A stretch of DNA of 64,000 nucleotides from Camelus dromedarius (taxonomy: Eukaryota): the NCBI RefSeq assembly GCF_036321535.1, contig NC_087436.1, positions 110,052,001-110,116,000 of the forward strand. The letters run 5' to 3'. The notes beneath the pieces were generated by a model. It was not told where the DNA came from. It saw nothing but the letters and a program-made list of their open reading frames with translations, and did not search any database. Made by a program: the position numbers and the translations under genes. Positions 38,648 to 51,621 of the stretch are shown one piece after another (within the stretch, counting starts at the first letter, position 1; each line of letters begins with the position of its first letter).

Positions 38648-39747
38648 ACATGACTCAAATACTGAAAATGTAAAAGCTAGAAGTCGACATACTATTTACA
38701 TACAATCTAAATTATGCAACTTGTGTCTATATTAAAAATCAGTGGATTCTTTGCTTTTTCTTTTTTCTTGAATCTTATGAATTACTGACTTTTAAGGATA
38801 ATGACAATAGAATCTGTTTCTTCTGTAATATGTTAAGAGTTTCATTTACACAAACAGCTGGTTGAGTCAATCTAGAATAGCAATTAAAACAACTGAAAAA
38901 TAAAACAATTAATTTTAATTGACTTTCCTTATCTAACAAAGTCAAAAGAGTGAAATATTTTCTCTGGATAATTAAGAGACCAATATTTTCAAAATTTTTG
39001 TAAATAATTTGATTCCAATCTGCAAATCAAACCATTTCTACCTCATATTCAACATCGGTTGCTACTATCTCTATGTCTCAAAATTATGTATTTTACAGGA
39101 ATCAAGTAGTTAAAATCTGTGATTTAAGTATCTGTACAACAAAATGGCTAAAATTTCAGTGGAGACTCAGAATGATTTGGATTTAAAATTTGAAACTCAG
39201 CTTCCTCAGTTACACATGTAACCTCACAGTTCTTAAGCCTTGTAAAACTCTGCATCCTCATATACAAAACAAGACCAAAAATATACCCACCTTGTTAGAT
39301 TGTTGAAAAACATGATGAGGTGACACCCACAACAGTTTTTAACCCTGAACCTCCCTAGGCACTCAATTAATTATATCCATTATCATGTTTTTTTTTTAAG
39401 TTCAATTGTTTCTGGAATCCTTAGTACCTAAATGTCAAGCAATGCATTTAAAACGAGTTTCTTTCAAAAACATCTCCTTTCAGCAAACACCTATCTGCAT
39501 GTGGATATTCTAGAGTAAAGTGTTCAATGACCTTACCTATAGAACAAGAGAAATGCGTATAAATATATTTCCACCTGTCTCTTTTTCCTTACGATATCTT
39601 AAAAATTTATTTTTGAAACCATAAGAATAAACAAACAAAAATGTATAACCGACCAAATGAAAAAAAGCAAGTCATTGTTGTGAAAGACTCCTTTGATTTT
39701 TTTTTTTACCTGGCACAGTGGCTTACTCCAATTTAATTTTTCATACA

Positions 39748-39766
39748 TGCCGCCATCTAGTGTTCA
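39748..39766 (-). promoter_or_regulatory. Candidate CTCF site
   Basis: minus strand tgaacactagatggcggca versus core consensus CCACYAGRKGGCRC; lies in non-repeat DNA with a retained CpG. Confidence 0.45.
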
Positions 39767-40149
39767 TTCATCCAAATTTTAGTACTGACCTTAAATGTTT
39801 ATTAATGCTGAAGTAGTGTTCCCCAGGTTCACGGAGGCAAATAACATCAAGCAAATCAACGTATCTCATGTTTTCAAATCTTTTAAAAAAGACTTTTGAT
39901 ATTTGAAATAACAAAGCAATGGTAAAAATAAGAATAATTACAGTAGCTCAAGTCCAGCATTACAGTCATGGTATATTACACGGTAAAACACAAATGCATT
40001 GTAATTACAGTTCTCTCCCTTTCTCTCTCTCTCTCTGTCTTTCTCCATGCAAGCATTCTTTACAAATTCTTTGCTCTCCATTGGCCCTATGGCTCCTAAC
40101 ATAGTTCTTGGCACATGGTTGGTGCTCAGTGGAATGTATCACACATGTA

Positions 40150-40375
40150 ATAAAATACCTAATGTTTATATTATATTATTTTAAGCAGTTCTTATATAAC
40201 ACCTCATTTAATTCCTAAAACCTTTGAGAAAGACTCTATTATTGTTTCCTTTTATTGTTAAGGAAACTAGCCTAGGGAAGTGAAATACATTTTACATGGA
40301 CATGTAGATGGTGAGAGGCCAGGGCAGGATTTCAAGTCAGTCATCTGACTCAAAAGTTCTCACTTTTACCCATTA
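40150..40375 (-). mobile_element. MIR
   Basis: ctcatttaattcct...aaggaaactag...ggcaggatttcaagtcagtcatctgactcaaaag. Confidence 0.7.
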
Positions 40376-40815
40376 AAGGCCAGTGAATTATCACATTTGC
40401 AAAAGTGGTTTGGACTTCAGAATACCTACAACTGTGTACATGTTGATTGGTAAATAAGAACTGAGAAGTAAGCAGGTTTGAAATCATTGATCATTCTTAG
40501 ATAAATGATATCTCAGATGCTTTTTACATTTTCAATATAATTGACAGCTTTCTGAGGCCAAACATATCAGATATTAAAGCCATATCTATGTAGCAAGGCT
40601 TTGAAATGTCAGGGTCTTTTTATTCTTTTAGTGTTTTTTCTGAGATTTATTTCTGGCTTCTTTAAAGCAATTTATTTCTTTATTACTGTTTTTACGTATA
40701 TTTGCCTCACTGATCTGTAGCAGATTCAGAAGAGCTTTTTTTACTTCATCCTTGCAGACTTCAGGACTGAACTACCCAGATCAGTCATCTCTGTCCCACA
40801 CATTGCCCATACAGC

Positions 40816-41314
40816 TGTCGCCTGAAATAAATGCGCAGCCTAAAAGTTGAGAGTTATGCTTTGTTTGGCGGACATTTCTAAGGACTCAACCCCTTTGAGC
40901 CCGGGATGACAGCCTCTCAGATGCCTCTGAGGGACTGCTCCGAAGAGGTAGGGGATGAGCCAGGATATATAGGAGCTTTACAACAAAGACCAGGTAGTTG
41001 GAACATTAAAAGATTACTTGTTAACTAAAGAAAACCAGGCATCTCAAGTTGAAGAATTTAGCACTTTTCTGTATATGGGAGGGAGCAAACATTTGGGCTC
41101 ACTGAATTCATTCCTTTGACAAGCACCTAGCTATCTAGGGCCAGTATCCTGTCCTTTCTTATTCTGAGTCCCCTCCGAGGGCACAGTTGTGAGTGGCTGC
41201 AGAGGCTGGGCTGCAGGCTTGTCTTCACTGGGGGGTGTTGCGGCAGCGGCTGATGACATGATGATTTCAGCATTCTTTGTTTACTGATATGGTTTGCAGT
41301 ATTTTTCATTCACA
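40816..41314 (-). mobile_element. ERV1-type solo LTR (copy B, same family as 36915-37415)
   Basis: reverse complement aligns end to end with copy A; TSD cagc/cagt; both copies share the ORF-track peptide ISKQRMLKSSCHQPLPQHPPVKTSLQPS. Confidence 0.92.
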
Positions 41315-42439
41315 CAGTAAACATTCTGTGTTTTGTGATTTTGTTGACTAGGTCTAAACTAATAAGATCAGAACCTGCCATTCTGTATGCTATATAATGA
41401 AAAGGCTTGGGAGACCTTATTTTGTAGTGTTACTAATTTAATTTGCTAATACTAAGCAAGTACTTAAATGAAAATGGAAAATCATAATTAAACATTTTCT
41501 CCAAGCAAATTCCAGGATGAAAGCAAAGACTAGGTATAGTAAATTCTCAGGCAATTTGCCATTTAAAAGCTGCTATGCAAACCAGCGTTTTTCCCTATGC
41601 CTCTGGTTCTAATCGTTCATTTTATAATCTGAAAAGAACAATACTAAGAGTTGCTGAGAAGATTTTAACGTTTTTTTAAGCATAAAGAGACGAAGTACCT
41701 GAAATTACACTTACAGCTCATGTTGCTCCACACACATTCAGAAAGAAAGATATTTTAGAGATATTTTAGATGTCTAAGTTGGATTCATTGTAGATGTGAT
41801 TTACAGCTATATGAAATAAATCAATTGCAGAGGCATAACTGAACCAAAATAATCTATCTGGGGAGAACCAGATAGAAAGGAGGTGGGGCGTTTCATGGAA
41901 TTTCAGGTATGGCGTCGTTTGGGTTGGAGTCCTTCCAGCCAAAAGATTTTCCAGTTTACATCACTGCAGAAAAAACAAGCCCATACTTAGTATTTCATAA
42001 TTCATGTGTTTAAAAAAAAAATATGCATGCACTGCCTTTATTAATAATATGAACAAACGTCCATACATACACATACCTACCCGCATACATTTGTGTGTGT
42101 ACTTATATTAGCTTATGACTCCATGTGATCTTATACCATGGCCTGTTTATTACATTTCCTACGGAAACACCCCACCACCCGCCCTGGAACATTCGGATGA
42201 CACTGAATAGATATATTGAGATTCTAAAGGGAGTGAGTTCTATCCCAGCTCCATCTGGGGTTGAGGAATAAAGAGCAATGCTGCAGGGGGTGGAGTGTAC
42301 CCCCTCCAACTATGCTACATCCATGCTTTACTTGTGTATTCAGTGAATTGACTCATGACTAGTACTGTTTTCTATGGTACAAGTTGAGGACTGTGAATTC
42401 ATGGAAAGCATGTTTAGTCTTATACTCTCAGTGACAGGA

Positions 42440-42620
42440 GATGCCTTTAGAGGATTTTACACAAAAGATTGACATAATTTGATTTGTGTTTTGAAAGGAT
42501 CACTGACTGCTGTCTGGAGAATAGAATGTAGGTTCACAAGGGTGGACACAGGACACTGGTTGGAAGGTTACTAAAATTCTACTAGCAAAACATAATAGTG
42601 CCTTGGAATAAGAGGGTAAG
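42440..42620 (-). mobile_element. L2 fragment
   Basis: gacataatttgatttgtgttttgaaaggatcactgactgctgtctggagaataga. Confidence 0.75.
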
Positions 42621-43595
42621 AGCTACAGCTGACTGCTCCATTTTTCAAAGGCAGCAATTTTTACTAACCCATAGATTATTAACTTAATTAAAACAGGAAA
42701 CAGTCTCAAAATTTCCAAATCATAAGACTGATCCAGTCAATGAACCCGAAAGTCCCAACATGAAAAAGAAATCTCAGTAAAAGAAAATGAGGGCCAAACT
42801 CATTTATGACTAAGGATGCAAATATTTATCTGCTTCTCATTTTCTTGAAAGAATAAGGGAACCATAAAAATGTAGGAAGTTACTCAGTTATATCAAGTGT
42901 TTCAATATTAGAGAATCAACTCATGTCATTAATTCCTGCAGTTACAAAAGAATTACATCCAGTTAAATGTATAAAATATTTGATAAAATGCATCATCTAT
43001 GCCTAAATAAAGTAAAATTTAGTGAACCAAGAATGAAATGATATTTTCTTATGAGAAAGAAATCTATCACTGATCTTAAAAGCTAATATAAATTATGAGT
43101 AATGCTAGCAAGACATTCACATTAGTGTCAAACTCAAGGAAGAAGTCAAGGATCCCCAGCATTACACTAGTATTTAGCTGTAAAACATGACTGAACAAAA
43201 TGCGACTTGTGGTCAATTCATTAGCATTAGAATGCAAATGGGGAAAATCTATGCAATATATCATAAAGGTATTCTTAAAAAATAGAAACTACAACAAATA
43301 AATAATTTGTAGCAATTCAATATAGTCTGATAAATCTGCAAATTAATAATTGTATAATTATAACAAATAACTACATGATGAATAATAGTTGTCTAGTATA
43401 TGAAAATATCCAAATACCCAAACTTTTTTTATAATTAAAAAATGCAAACTTTAAAATGATACACCTATTTCATCAAATTGACAGTTTGTAATAATAATAA
43501 TAATATTAAACTATTCAAAGAAATTCATATTCTTAGCCATTGCTTGTGGCAGTGTAAATTATTTAACATTTCCAGTTGGCAATTTAAAAATATAT

Positions 43596-43916
43596 ATGAA
43601 AGTCTTAGGAATAGACTTACCATATGACCCAGGAATCCCACTCCTGGGCATATATCCAGAAGGAACCCTACTTCAAAATGACACCTGCACCCCAATGTTC
43701 ATAGAAGCACTATTTACAATAACCAAGACATGGAAACAGCCTAAATGTCCAACAACAGATGACTGGATAATGAAGATGTGGTATATTTATACAATGGAAT
43801 ACTATTCAGCCACAAAAACAGACAACATAACGCCATTTGCAGCAACATGGATGGTCCTGGAGAATGTCATTCTAAGTGAAGTAAGCCAGAAAGAGAAAGA
43901 AAAATACCATATGTGA
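43596..43916 (+). pseudogene. L1 ORF2p C-terminal fragment (not a host gene)
   Basis: LPYDPGIPLLGIYP...CTPMFIEALFTITKTWKQPKCP...WYIYTMEYYSA is the conserved L1 ORF2p terminus. Confidence 0.93.
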
Positions 43917-44244
43917 TCACTAATATGTGGAATCTAAAAAAAAAAAAAAATACAAAACAGAAACAGACTCATAGACATAGAATACAAACTTGTGGTTGCC
44001 AAGGGGGCAGGGGGTGGGAAGGGATAGACTGGGATTTTAAAATGTAGAATAGATAAACAAGATTATATTGTATAGCACAGGGAAATATATATAAGATCTT
44101 GTGGTAGCTCACAGCGAAAAAAAAAAATGTGACCATGAATATATGTATGTTCATGTATAACTGAAAAATTGTGCTCTACACTGGAATTTGACACAGCATT
44201 GTAAAATGATTATTACTCAGTAAAAAATGTTAAAAAATAAAAAT
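43606..44244 (+). mobile_element. Young 5'-truncated camelid-type L1 (ORF2 C-terminus, 3' UTR, A-rich tail)
   Basis: 20-bp TSD aaaaatatatatgaaagtct (43586-43605) / aaaaatgtgtatgaaagtct (44245-44264); G-rich 3' UTR; A-rich tail. Confidence 0.95.
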
Positions 44245-44919
44245 AAAAATGTGTATGAAAGTCTCCAACTCTGGTACTCCTTTACCTACATAAACCTCAC
44301 AAAATATCAGTGAGAAGCTCAAAGACCTAGGTAAAATAATATTCTTCACATCTTTAGTTATTACAATGAGAAGTTCTTTAAAACCAAAACAAAATAATAT
44401 TGCTTTCCTACAAAGGAAAATGGCTAACAAATTATAACCAACCCATATGATGAAATAATCACGCAGTCAGTCATTAAATGATGGAGTGAGGAAGACGTTT
44501 AATAAACTGATATAGTAAGTTTAACTAAACTGGTTGCCATGTACCACATACTGTAAAAAACAAAACAAAATCAGCCTTTCTGTGATAAAATTTAGTACGT
44601 TGTAAGCACAGATTCCAAAATGTTACCATTGATTGTCTCTAGGTGCTAGAATTTTGGTGTTTTCTGCCCTTTGCTCTTTAGAACTTCTTAAATTTTGACT
44701 ATGTATGCATTGTTTAATAAACATATGAAAACAGATCATACAATTTATTGTAAAATAATCCAATTGAAGACATTTTTGATGCCAAAGGATAGAGGAGGTA
44801 ACACAGTACTGATTAGGGGGCCAATCTTTCTTTAGAAAGGCCATGGCTCATTCTTTCAAAATTCCAACTAGCAGTGATTGACTCTGCTCCATTTTATTCC
44901 GTGAGCTGGGAACAAGGCA

Positions 44920-45190
44920 TTCAAAGATGGGTTGGTCACAATCACTTTCTCATTGATCTCATAGATCAGTGAAGGTATCTGACAGACACAACGTCAGTGC
45001 AGTTGCAATGAATTAAGTGCTCATGTGGATAAAGGGCACAGAGGAAAAGTGTGTCTGCGTGGATAGGAGGTAAGAAATGCTTCCCAGAACAGTGATCTTG
45101 AAGTCAGTTTTAAAAGATGAGCAGGGATTTTCTGCATAGAAATAGTAGGTAAAATCACTCTAGGAAAAGGACACAGCATGAGAAAAAAAA
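44920..45190 (-). mobile_element. L2 fragment
   Basis: ggaggtaagaaatgcttcccagaac...ttgaagtcagttttaaaagatgagcagg...aaaaggacacagcatg. Confidence 0.6.
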
Positions 45191-45599
45191 GGTAGAGAAG
45201 CAAGATTTGAATCTTATCGTTGTTAATGATCACCGCTTTACCACATTTGTTTATAGAAAGTCTGATGACTAACAAAATCCTGAATACAAAGTTGATCAAA
45301 ATACTACCTTTATAGTTGCTGTATCACCTTTATGGTACAGCCTGCAAATGAGATCTCTCATAATTTGTCTTCTTCCTAACGCTCACCTCTTCTATTTACT
45401 AAAACATTCTCAATCATAACACCTACCATATGGTACTATTTTATATTTCCCCAAACAGCTCATGGTAGCTCATTCTCAATACCTCCTGCGTTCTATTCTT
45501 TTCAAAAAACCTTTTCAGAATACACAGTTTTTATGAGATCCCCTTGTTTTACACTTTGTTGGCTTCATATGCATATTCATTCAAAGTGCTTGTTCTATA

Positions 45600-45722
45600 T
45601 TATCTCAAGTCATCATGTCTTATTCAACTGGGCCAGCATCCAGCATCTAACACAAAATCTGATACATTGTAGATGTACAATACATATTTATTGAATGAAA
45701 GAATGAATAAAGAATGAATGGT
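45600..45722 (+). mobile_element. L2 3' end
   Basis: cagcatctaacacaaaatctgatacattgtagatgtacaatacatatttattgaatgaaagaatgaat. Confidence 0.75.
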
Positions 45723-47924
45723 GAGTTTTATACAACAAGTTTACCACACAATTGACTAGAACATTGCTCAGACTTTAGCATGGCATTATCTCTGAAGACA
45801 CAATCAGGATGAAGTGACCTTCGAGTTATATCTAAATGATCAAGAACCAGAGATAAGATTGTAACAAAATATTTTGTTAAATCTCAAAATAACCTAAACT
45901 GAAAAAATTGGACCAAGTTTCCAAAATAAAACAAAATATTAAAAACAGTTCAAAGTGAAATTAGATATATTCATTTCAAAAATGATTTTACTGAACTGGT
46001 ACAAAACAGCCTAATAACCTAAAAAATAGTTTATTTCAACCAGAACAATAGTAAATCAATCATGATGGCACTATTTGATAAGTACAAAAGTCATAGTGTT
46101 GTTTAATTCTCTCCTTGGTCTTAATAATACAAACATAATGACTATCTGTTTTACTCAACTCCAGACTCCATTGTCCCAGTTAGCAAAGACCAGAGAATGA
46201 GGATGTATCTCTTGTCCCAAAGGGTAAATATTTTTGTTGAATGGCCCAAGAACTTCTCCAGCTCCCAAACTTCTCTCTGACATACACAGCCATCTTGTAG
46301 CCCAAGTCCTATTCTATTGTGCAGAGTCATAAACCTTGTAAGCAAGTGAGTTATGTAGACTGCAGAGGCACTGCTGGGAGCTGTTGGGTGAAAGACAATA
46401 CTGTCTCTTTCACAAGCCTAGATACTACTTTGTCAGCTAACTATTTGAGGCTTGACAGTGTACACTCTGCAAATGTGCATTTCAGCGATGCTGACCATGG
46501 GGTTTAGATAGAGCAGTGGCTCAATAAATGTTGAATGAGTAAGTAAATAAATTAATGGATACACGACCTTTAATGAAACACAATTTGATGTAAGTCTGGA
46601 AGTGTACTATTATTTCTAATCAGTAATATCACATAAAAGCCTTTTGGCTAAACTTGCTGTACTAGGCAAAATCTAAATATATAGACATCACCTTTGTATC
46701 ATGAACTATGCATCTATGTGTGCATCCTGTACACATATTTATGCATATATATATTCTGCTTGAATATATGGGCCTAACGATATGCCAAAATGCGTATCTT
46801 TAAACAACTAAATACTTAAAAAAAGTTTATAAAAATATTTCTTTCTTTCTAGTGAGGATGGGGGTATTTTTAATTTCTTAATTTTGCTTTTATATTTTCT
46901 AAATGTTCCAGAAAGATACTATTATTTCCGTAATAATGGCAGTATTTTATTAACAGAAGATCATTATGAAATTTTAGAAAGGAAAGAGACTAGAATATCT
47001 ATACCATAAAGAGATTAAATATTACTCATTAAATTAAGTGTATTAAGATAGAAGTCTGACTCAGTAATTGTCGTGTTTTGTTTTTCTTGAATACTCATTC
47101 TGGGCGAAACTCTATAGGTGCTGTTTCTAACCTATAGACATAAATATAAATTAGTCTCTGCCTCGTGATTTTAAACATGGGTTGAATCAAAGCATGGGTT
47201 GAAGTATAGGATTCACCTTTTGTCAGTGAGAAAGTCTAGTTAACTGGAAGCCTCTGTAGTGACAGCATTCTGATTAAGTCAGGTTCCCGTGAACTTGTGG
47301 ACAATTATACACGTATCCTCTTGAGTTGGTCACCTTACTTTCTCCCAGAACTGCTCTTGGGAGCAAGGAAGACAACCAGAAAAGGAGACTGTGTCCCTTC
47401 ACGAGGGGAAAGGATTTGCAATGAACTCTGAGGAAACTTTGGCAGGAACATTAAGAAAGACCTAGGTCTTTCTTACTGCCAGATTAAACAAAGTAAAGGA
47501 TGTCGTTTATTTTACTTAAGTCAGCTCAGTTGATTCATAATACCAGTGGTAAAAGCATCTTAGAGGAACAGGTCAGGGATCACTAATCCTTTCTTAGTGG
47601 CTTTATTATCTTATTAGATTTAAGCTAAAGGAAAAACAATCCGATAAGCAGCAAGATGCTTACAGAGAATTAAAATGCTTTCTGAGATTATTTGAGACTG
47701 CACACAGTTTCAATCTTGGTTTAAAACAACAAACAACTTTTCTTCCACTAAGTTGAATAAAAGAATACTATATGTGTATTAAAGTGTGAAATACGTGGAA
47801 TGTATAACTACCTTCACATCTACTGAAATAATGTCCTAACTGGTCTCCCAGTTTCCCAGTCTTCATTTGCCAGTGTCTCATTCTCCTGCTCACCGTCCCC
47901 TCCTGGCTGTACTCCGTTTACAGA

Positions 47925-48055
47925 CATAGTTCTCAATGTGGGACATATGGAAACTTAGGTTCAGAATTTTCTGAGGTACAAGATAAATAACTTTGGGAAC
48001 AGGTCCCTAGTACTCCACGTGTTTTCTTTACACAACAAATGTTTAGAACCACCGG
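47925..48055. mobile_element. MER5-like hAT-Charlie fragment
   Basis: catagttctcaatgtg...aatgtttagaaccaccg, inverted-type termini. Confidence 0.45.
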
Positions 48056-48589
48056 CCTAGAAACCACTGCACAAATCCCTTACTGTGGCATTCGATGTCC
48101 TCCAAAACCTGCCCCGGAGCTGGTTTTCTGAGATATTTCATACCATCTCTCTCCATGCACATTAATGCCTTGGAGTCTTCCTTGCTTTCTGATCTCACCC
48201 TGGCCTCCCGGGTCTGCCATTTTCTTCATTCTGCTCTTCCGGCTTGTATCATTGAATCCCTTGTCACCTTCTGTATTTTTTGGATTTATCTTCTGACTCT
48301 CTGGCTGTTAAACCACAGCAGAGCTTCCCGGTGCCCAGCTTTCATCCTTCTAGGAGCAGAAGGGATTTTGAACCTCTGGACTGCACAATGTAGGGCTGTT
48401 GGGGAGAGCTGTGGTTTACGAGTGTGAGCATTAAGGTCATACTCTGCAGCTTACCCCCGAAGCCAATCCTTGATAAAGATTTCATTCTTTGAAGTCCCTA
48501 ATGATAGCTGATTAGTCCAGCCTCCATGCATTCCTGTAGAGTCAACATATTAGAGAAAAAAACATTTTTTTTTAAATAGAATAAAAATT

Positions 48590-48745
48590 ATGGGCTGTGG
48601 ACTCTGACAGTTCTGGGATTGACTAGCGGGACTACCAGCTACCACCTATATGATTCTAAACACGTAACTTAACCTCTTTTGTCTCAGTTTACTTTTTCCC
48701 AAAATGGGCATAATAACACAGGGTGGTTATGAAGATTATTAAAAA
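48590..48745 (+). mobile_element. MIR
   Basis: tgggctgtggactctgacagttctggg...aacttaacctcttttgtctcagttt...aaaatgggcataata. Confidence 0.75.
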
Positions 48746-48938
48746 TTATAGAATTCTTACTTTTACTTTAATTGTGTTTCCACCTGATTATTTCTTAGAG
48801 GATAATGTAGATTCCTGCTCCAAGTTGTTATTTAGTAAATGTTTGCCAAATCTTTGTTAATTAAAAAAGTGGAGAAAATGTTTGAAAATATTCCATCAAA
48901 TTCTCTTAGAAATGTGTCTTTGCACTTTCATAACTATC

Positions 48939-49300
48939 TGTTTTGGACTGATTTGTGTCCTCCAAAAATTAACTCTCAGTACCTCAGAATGTGACTATAT
49001 TTGGGTCTTTGAGAGATAATTAAGTTAAAGTCAGGTCATTAGGATGAGCTTTAATCTAATATGACCAGTATCCTTACAAGAAGAGGCAATTAGAATGCAC
49101 ACACATGCAGGGAGAGCCATGTGAAGACACAAGGAAAAGATGATCATTTATAAGCCAAGGAGAGAAGCCTGGGAAAATTCAACTCTCTGACACCTTCATC
49201 TCAGATTTCTAAACTCCAGGACTGTGAGACATTGAACTTCTGTTGTTTAAATCACCCAGTTAGTGGTACTTCGATATGAAAGCCCTAGCAAACTAACACA
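48939..49300 (+). mobile_element. MaLR solo LTR, MLT1B-like
   Basis: tgttttggactgatttgtgtcc...cagtacctcagaatgtgactatatttgg...agccctagcaaactaacaca; degenerate TSD ctatc/tcatc. Confidence 0.88.
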
Positions 49301-50594
49301 TCATCTCTTGACTTTACTGTTACAATTGGTAACGCTTGAAAGAAAGACTAAGTTGTTTGTGTTGTGGCATCTATGTTAATTTGTTTGGTATAAATGTAAG
49401 ATAGCATTAAAAATTAGAGTTTTCATCTGGCAACAGTTTAAAAGCAGTATTTTTCTTGCTAAAAGAAATAGCAGAGCCCGAAATATTGTATGTGTCCCTG
49501 ATGGATGGCTCCACATCACGTAGAAGGTGTGCAGTGAGATTGGTAAATAAGCTGTACTGAGTGGGCTGGGCTGTATTTCAGCGGATTTTTTAGCAGTGAA
49601 GCTTGGGCAGAGTGAATTATGAATGAACCTCATAATAGTCGGAGACGTATTAGTAGCTCCTGTTTTAATTCTAGGATGCCAAATGCCCAGCCATATTCCC
49701 TAGCAATGCCTGCTGGATCCAGATGAATGAAACTTGCCCCACTGGGTTCTGAAGCAAGTATTCCACGTTTGTAACATTTGGGTCCCAAGCTATTACATTC
49801 GCATAGCACGTTATAGATCTGAATACATCTCCGCTTACATTTTCTCATTTGGTCTTCATTATGATTAAGTATAATAATTATAAACTCAGCATGGTTAGCC
49901 AAAGGCTTGGAAATATAGTCCTTTCCTCAAGTTCCAACACATGAGAATGTGCAGGAGCCAGAATGGTGGCTTAGAATCCACAGGCTTTGTTGAATACTGT
50001 TGCTGCTAAGTCACACTGCAAGTCACTGCGGTCCCCCCTCAGTTCCTCTGGACCAGGGAACGGGTGTTAAACCACTAGGCCATGCAACTTCAGGTTGTTT
50101 GAGGAGCCAGTTGTTGATAAGTAAATGTATTAAATCAAAGAAGAGTTATAAAATTCTCTGGCAGAAATGACAACTTTGCTAAGATTCTGCACGTTATAAT
50201 CTTAAAAAAATTTTTTTTAAACAAATCCCACTTCACAGATGAAGAAACCAGAAATCAGAAAGGTGCTCGTCTAAGATCACAATCATCACCAGAATTTGAA
50301 AGTAAGTCTATTGTTCAGCAATATTTATACTTTTTCCATTGTGGCAGGCTATTCCCACTTGCTTGTTTGTTTTTAATTTCTATGGAGTTTTCTTAATCTG
50401 CTTAATTATGAAAGTAATGACTTCTAAGCAAAAGTGACTGCCGTCGTGGAAAACTCCTAGTGCTAGAAAAGTCTCCATTAAGAGATTAAGGATCATCCCT
50501 TACATACCATCATTTTCCTCAACCCCATCCCCTCAACGTGGCTGGATATCATGGTGCAGAGGAAAAATGCCTAATCTTTAATAAAGAATGAAAA

Positions 50595-50780
50595 TAAGAC
50601 TAACATTTATATAGTCCCTACTAGGCACTATACTAGACACTGATGTCGATTCATGAAATCCCTACAAAAATGCTAGGATGTAGACATGATTAATTTAAAA
50701 TGAGGAAATGGCATTAAGAGATTAAATAACTTGCCCAAGGTCATATAACTAGTACACAGCAAAGCTGAGTTTGGAACGTT
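50595..50780 (-). mobile_element. MIR
   Basis: taacatttatatag...atgaggaaa...agagattaaataacttgcccaaggtcatataactagt. Confidence 0.8.
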
Positions 50781-51557
50781 ATTTTATATTGCACTTTAAA
50801 ATAAATAGTTTAAAATATTTTAAGCTAAGATGACATTTTACTTTGATTGTTGTCTATTAGACTGGTTATAAGTAAGACCATCTAAATAGATCCATTCACA
50901 ATATTTATGCAACAATATACTTACTGAGTATTTACTATGTGGTTAGGATTAAGGATACATGATAAACTTAGTTCTTGCTCTGGAAAACAGTTTTATTGAA
51001 GAAAAGCAAGCATGAAGCAAATAAATCTATTTAATTTATAAATATAATTAGTGTTATATTGGAAGTGAACAAGATACTATGACATGACAAGAGAACTAAA
51101 CATTTTTTTAATGACAAAATTCGCCTTTTCAGTCAGTTAACATACTTAATCTGATAAAAAATAACATTCTGCCCAACACGTGTACAATTCGTCATTTGTG
51201 TTCTCCATTTTACACTTGTGTACTTAAGTTACATCATGAACTCTATTTAAATGATTGTATCAAGGATCTATATTTTTGTTGACTTTGTAATAGGGCCCTT
51301 ATTCATCTTTACAACAGTGCTCTGGGCAGAACTTTGCTAAGATCCACAAATTACATCAAAGAGTGTTTCAAGCAGGTTGCTCAGATGTTCATTTGGTTAA
51401 TAAGAGGAAGACTGAAATATTTTTTGCCTTTCCTGCTCATTTATATCAAAAGAACATCAGGATAAAATTACCCTCTAGCTTTCTAGGCTATGCTTGGTAT
51501 ATTATAATTACACATCAAGACTTTGCCAAGTTTGGGAAATGGGGACCAAAGTCATTC

Positions 51558-51577
51558 TGTGTTTGTGTGTGTGCATA

Positions 51578-51621
<44 letters not shown>
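51558..51621. repeat. (TG)n microsatellite
   Basis: tgtgtttgtgtgtgtgcatatgtgtttgtgtgtgtg...gtgcgtg. Confidence 0.92.

Larger units (their letters stand above)
42650..44720 (+). mobile_element. Highly decayed ancient L1 (L1ME/L1M5-like ORF2 to 3' end), host of the young L1
   Basis: A-rich; aaaatatttgataaaatgcatcatc; aaaatgcaaactttaaaatgatacacc; cattgcttgtggcagtgtaaatt. Confidence 0.55.

Noticed and set aside
36897..41309. Two near-identical ORFs (36897-37103 + and 41127-41309 -) as a duplicated small gene
   Set aside because: Both lie in the 5' part of the two solo LTR copies; the shared peptide just reflects LTR identity.
36915..41314. A single element with 500-bp terminal inverted repeats, or a provirus
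   Set aside because: Each repeat has its own 4-bp TSD and LTR hallmarks, proviral LTRs are direct not inverted, and the interval holds old host MIR/L1 DNA with no gag, pol, env or transposase.
47174..47203. Short direct repeat catgggttgaa x2 (similar ones near 3440, 22500 and 41750)
   Set aside because: Ordinary slippage-scale micro-duplications.
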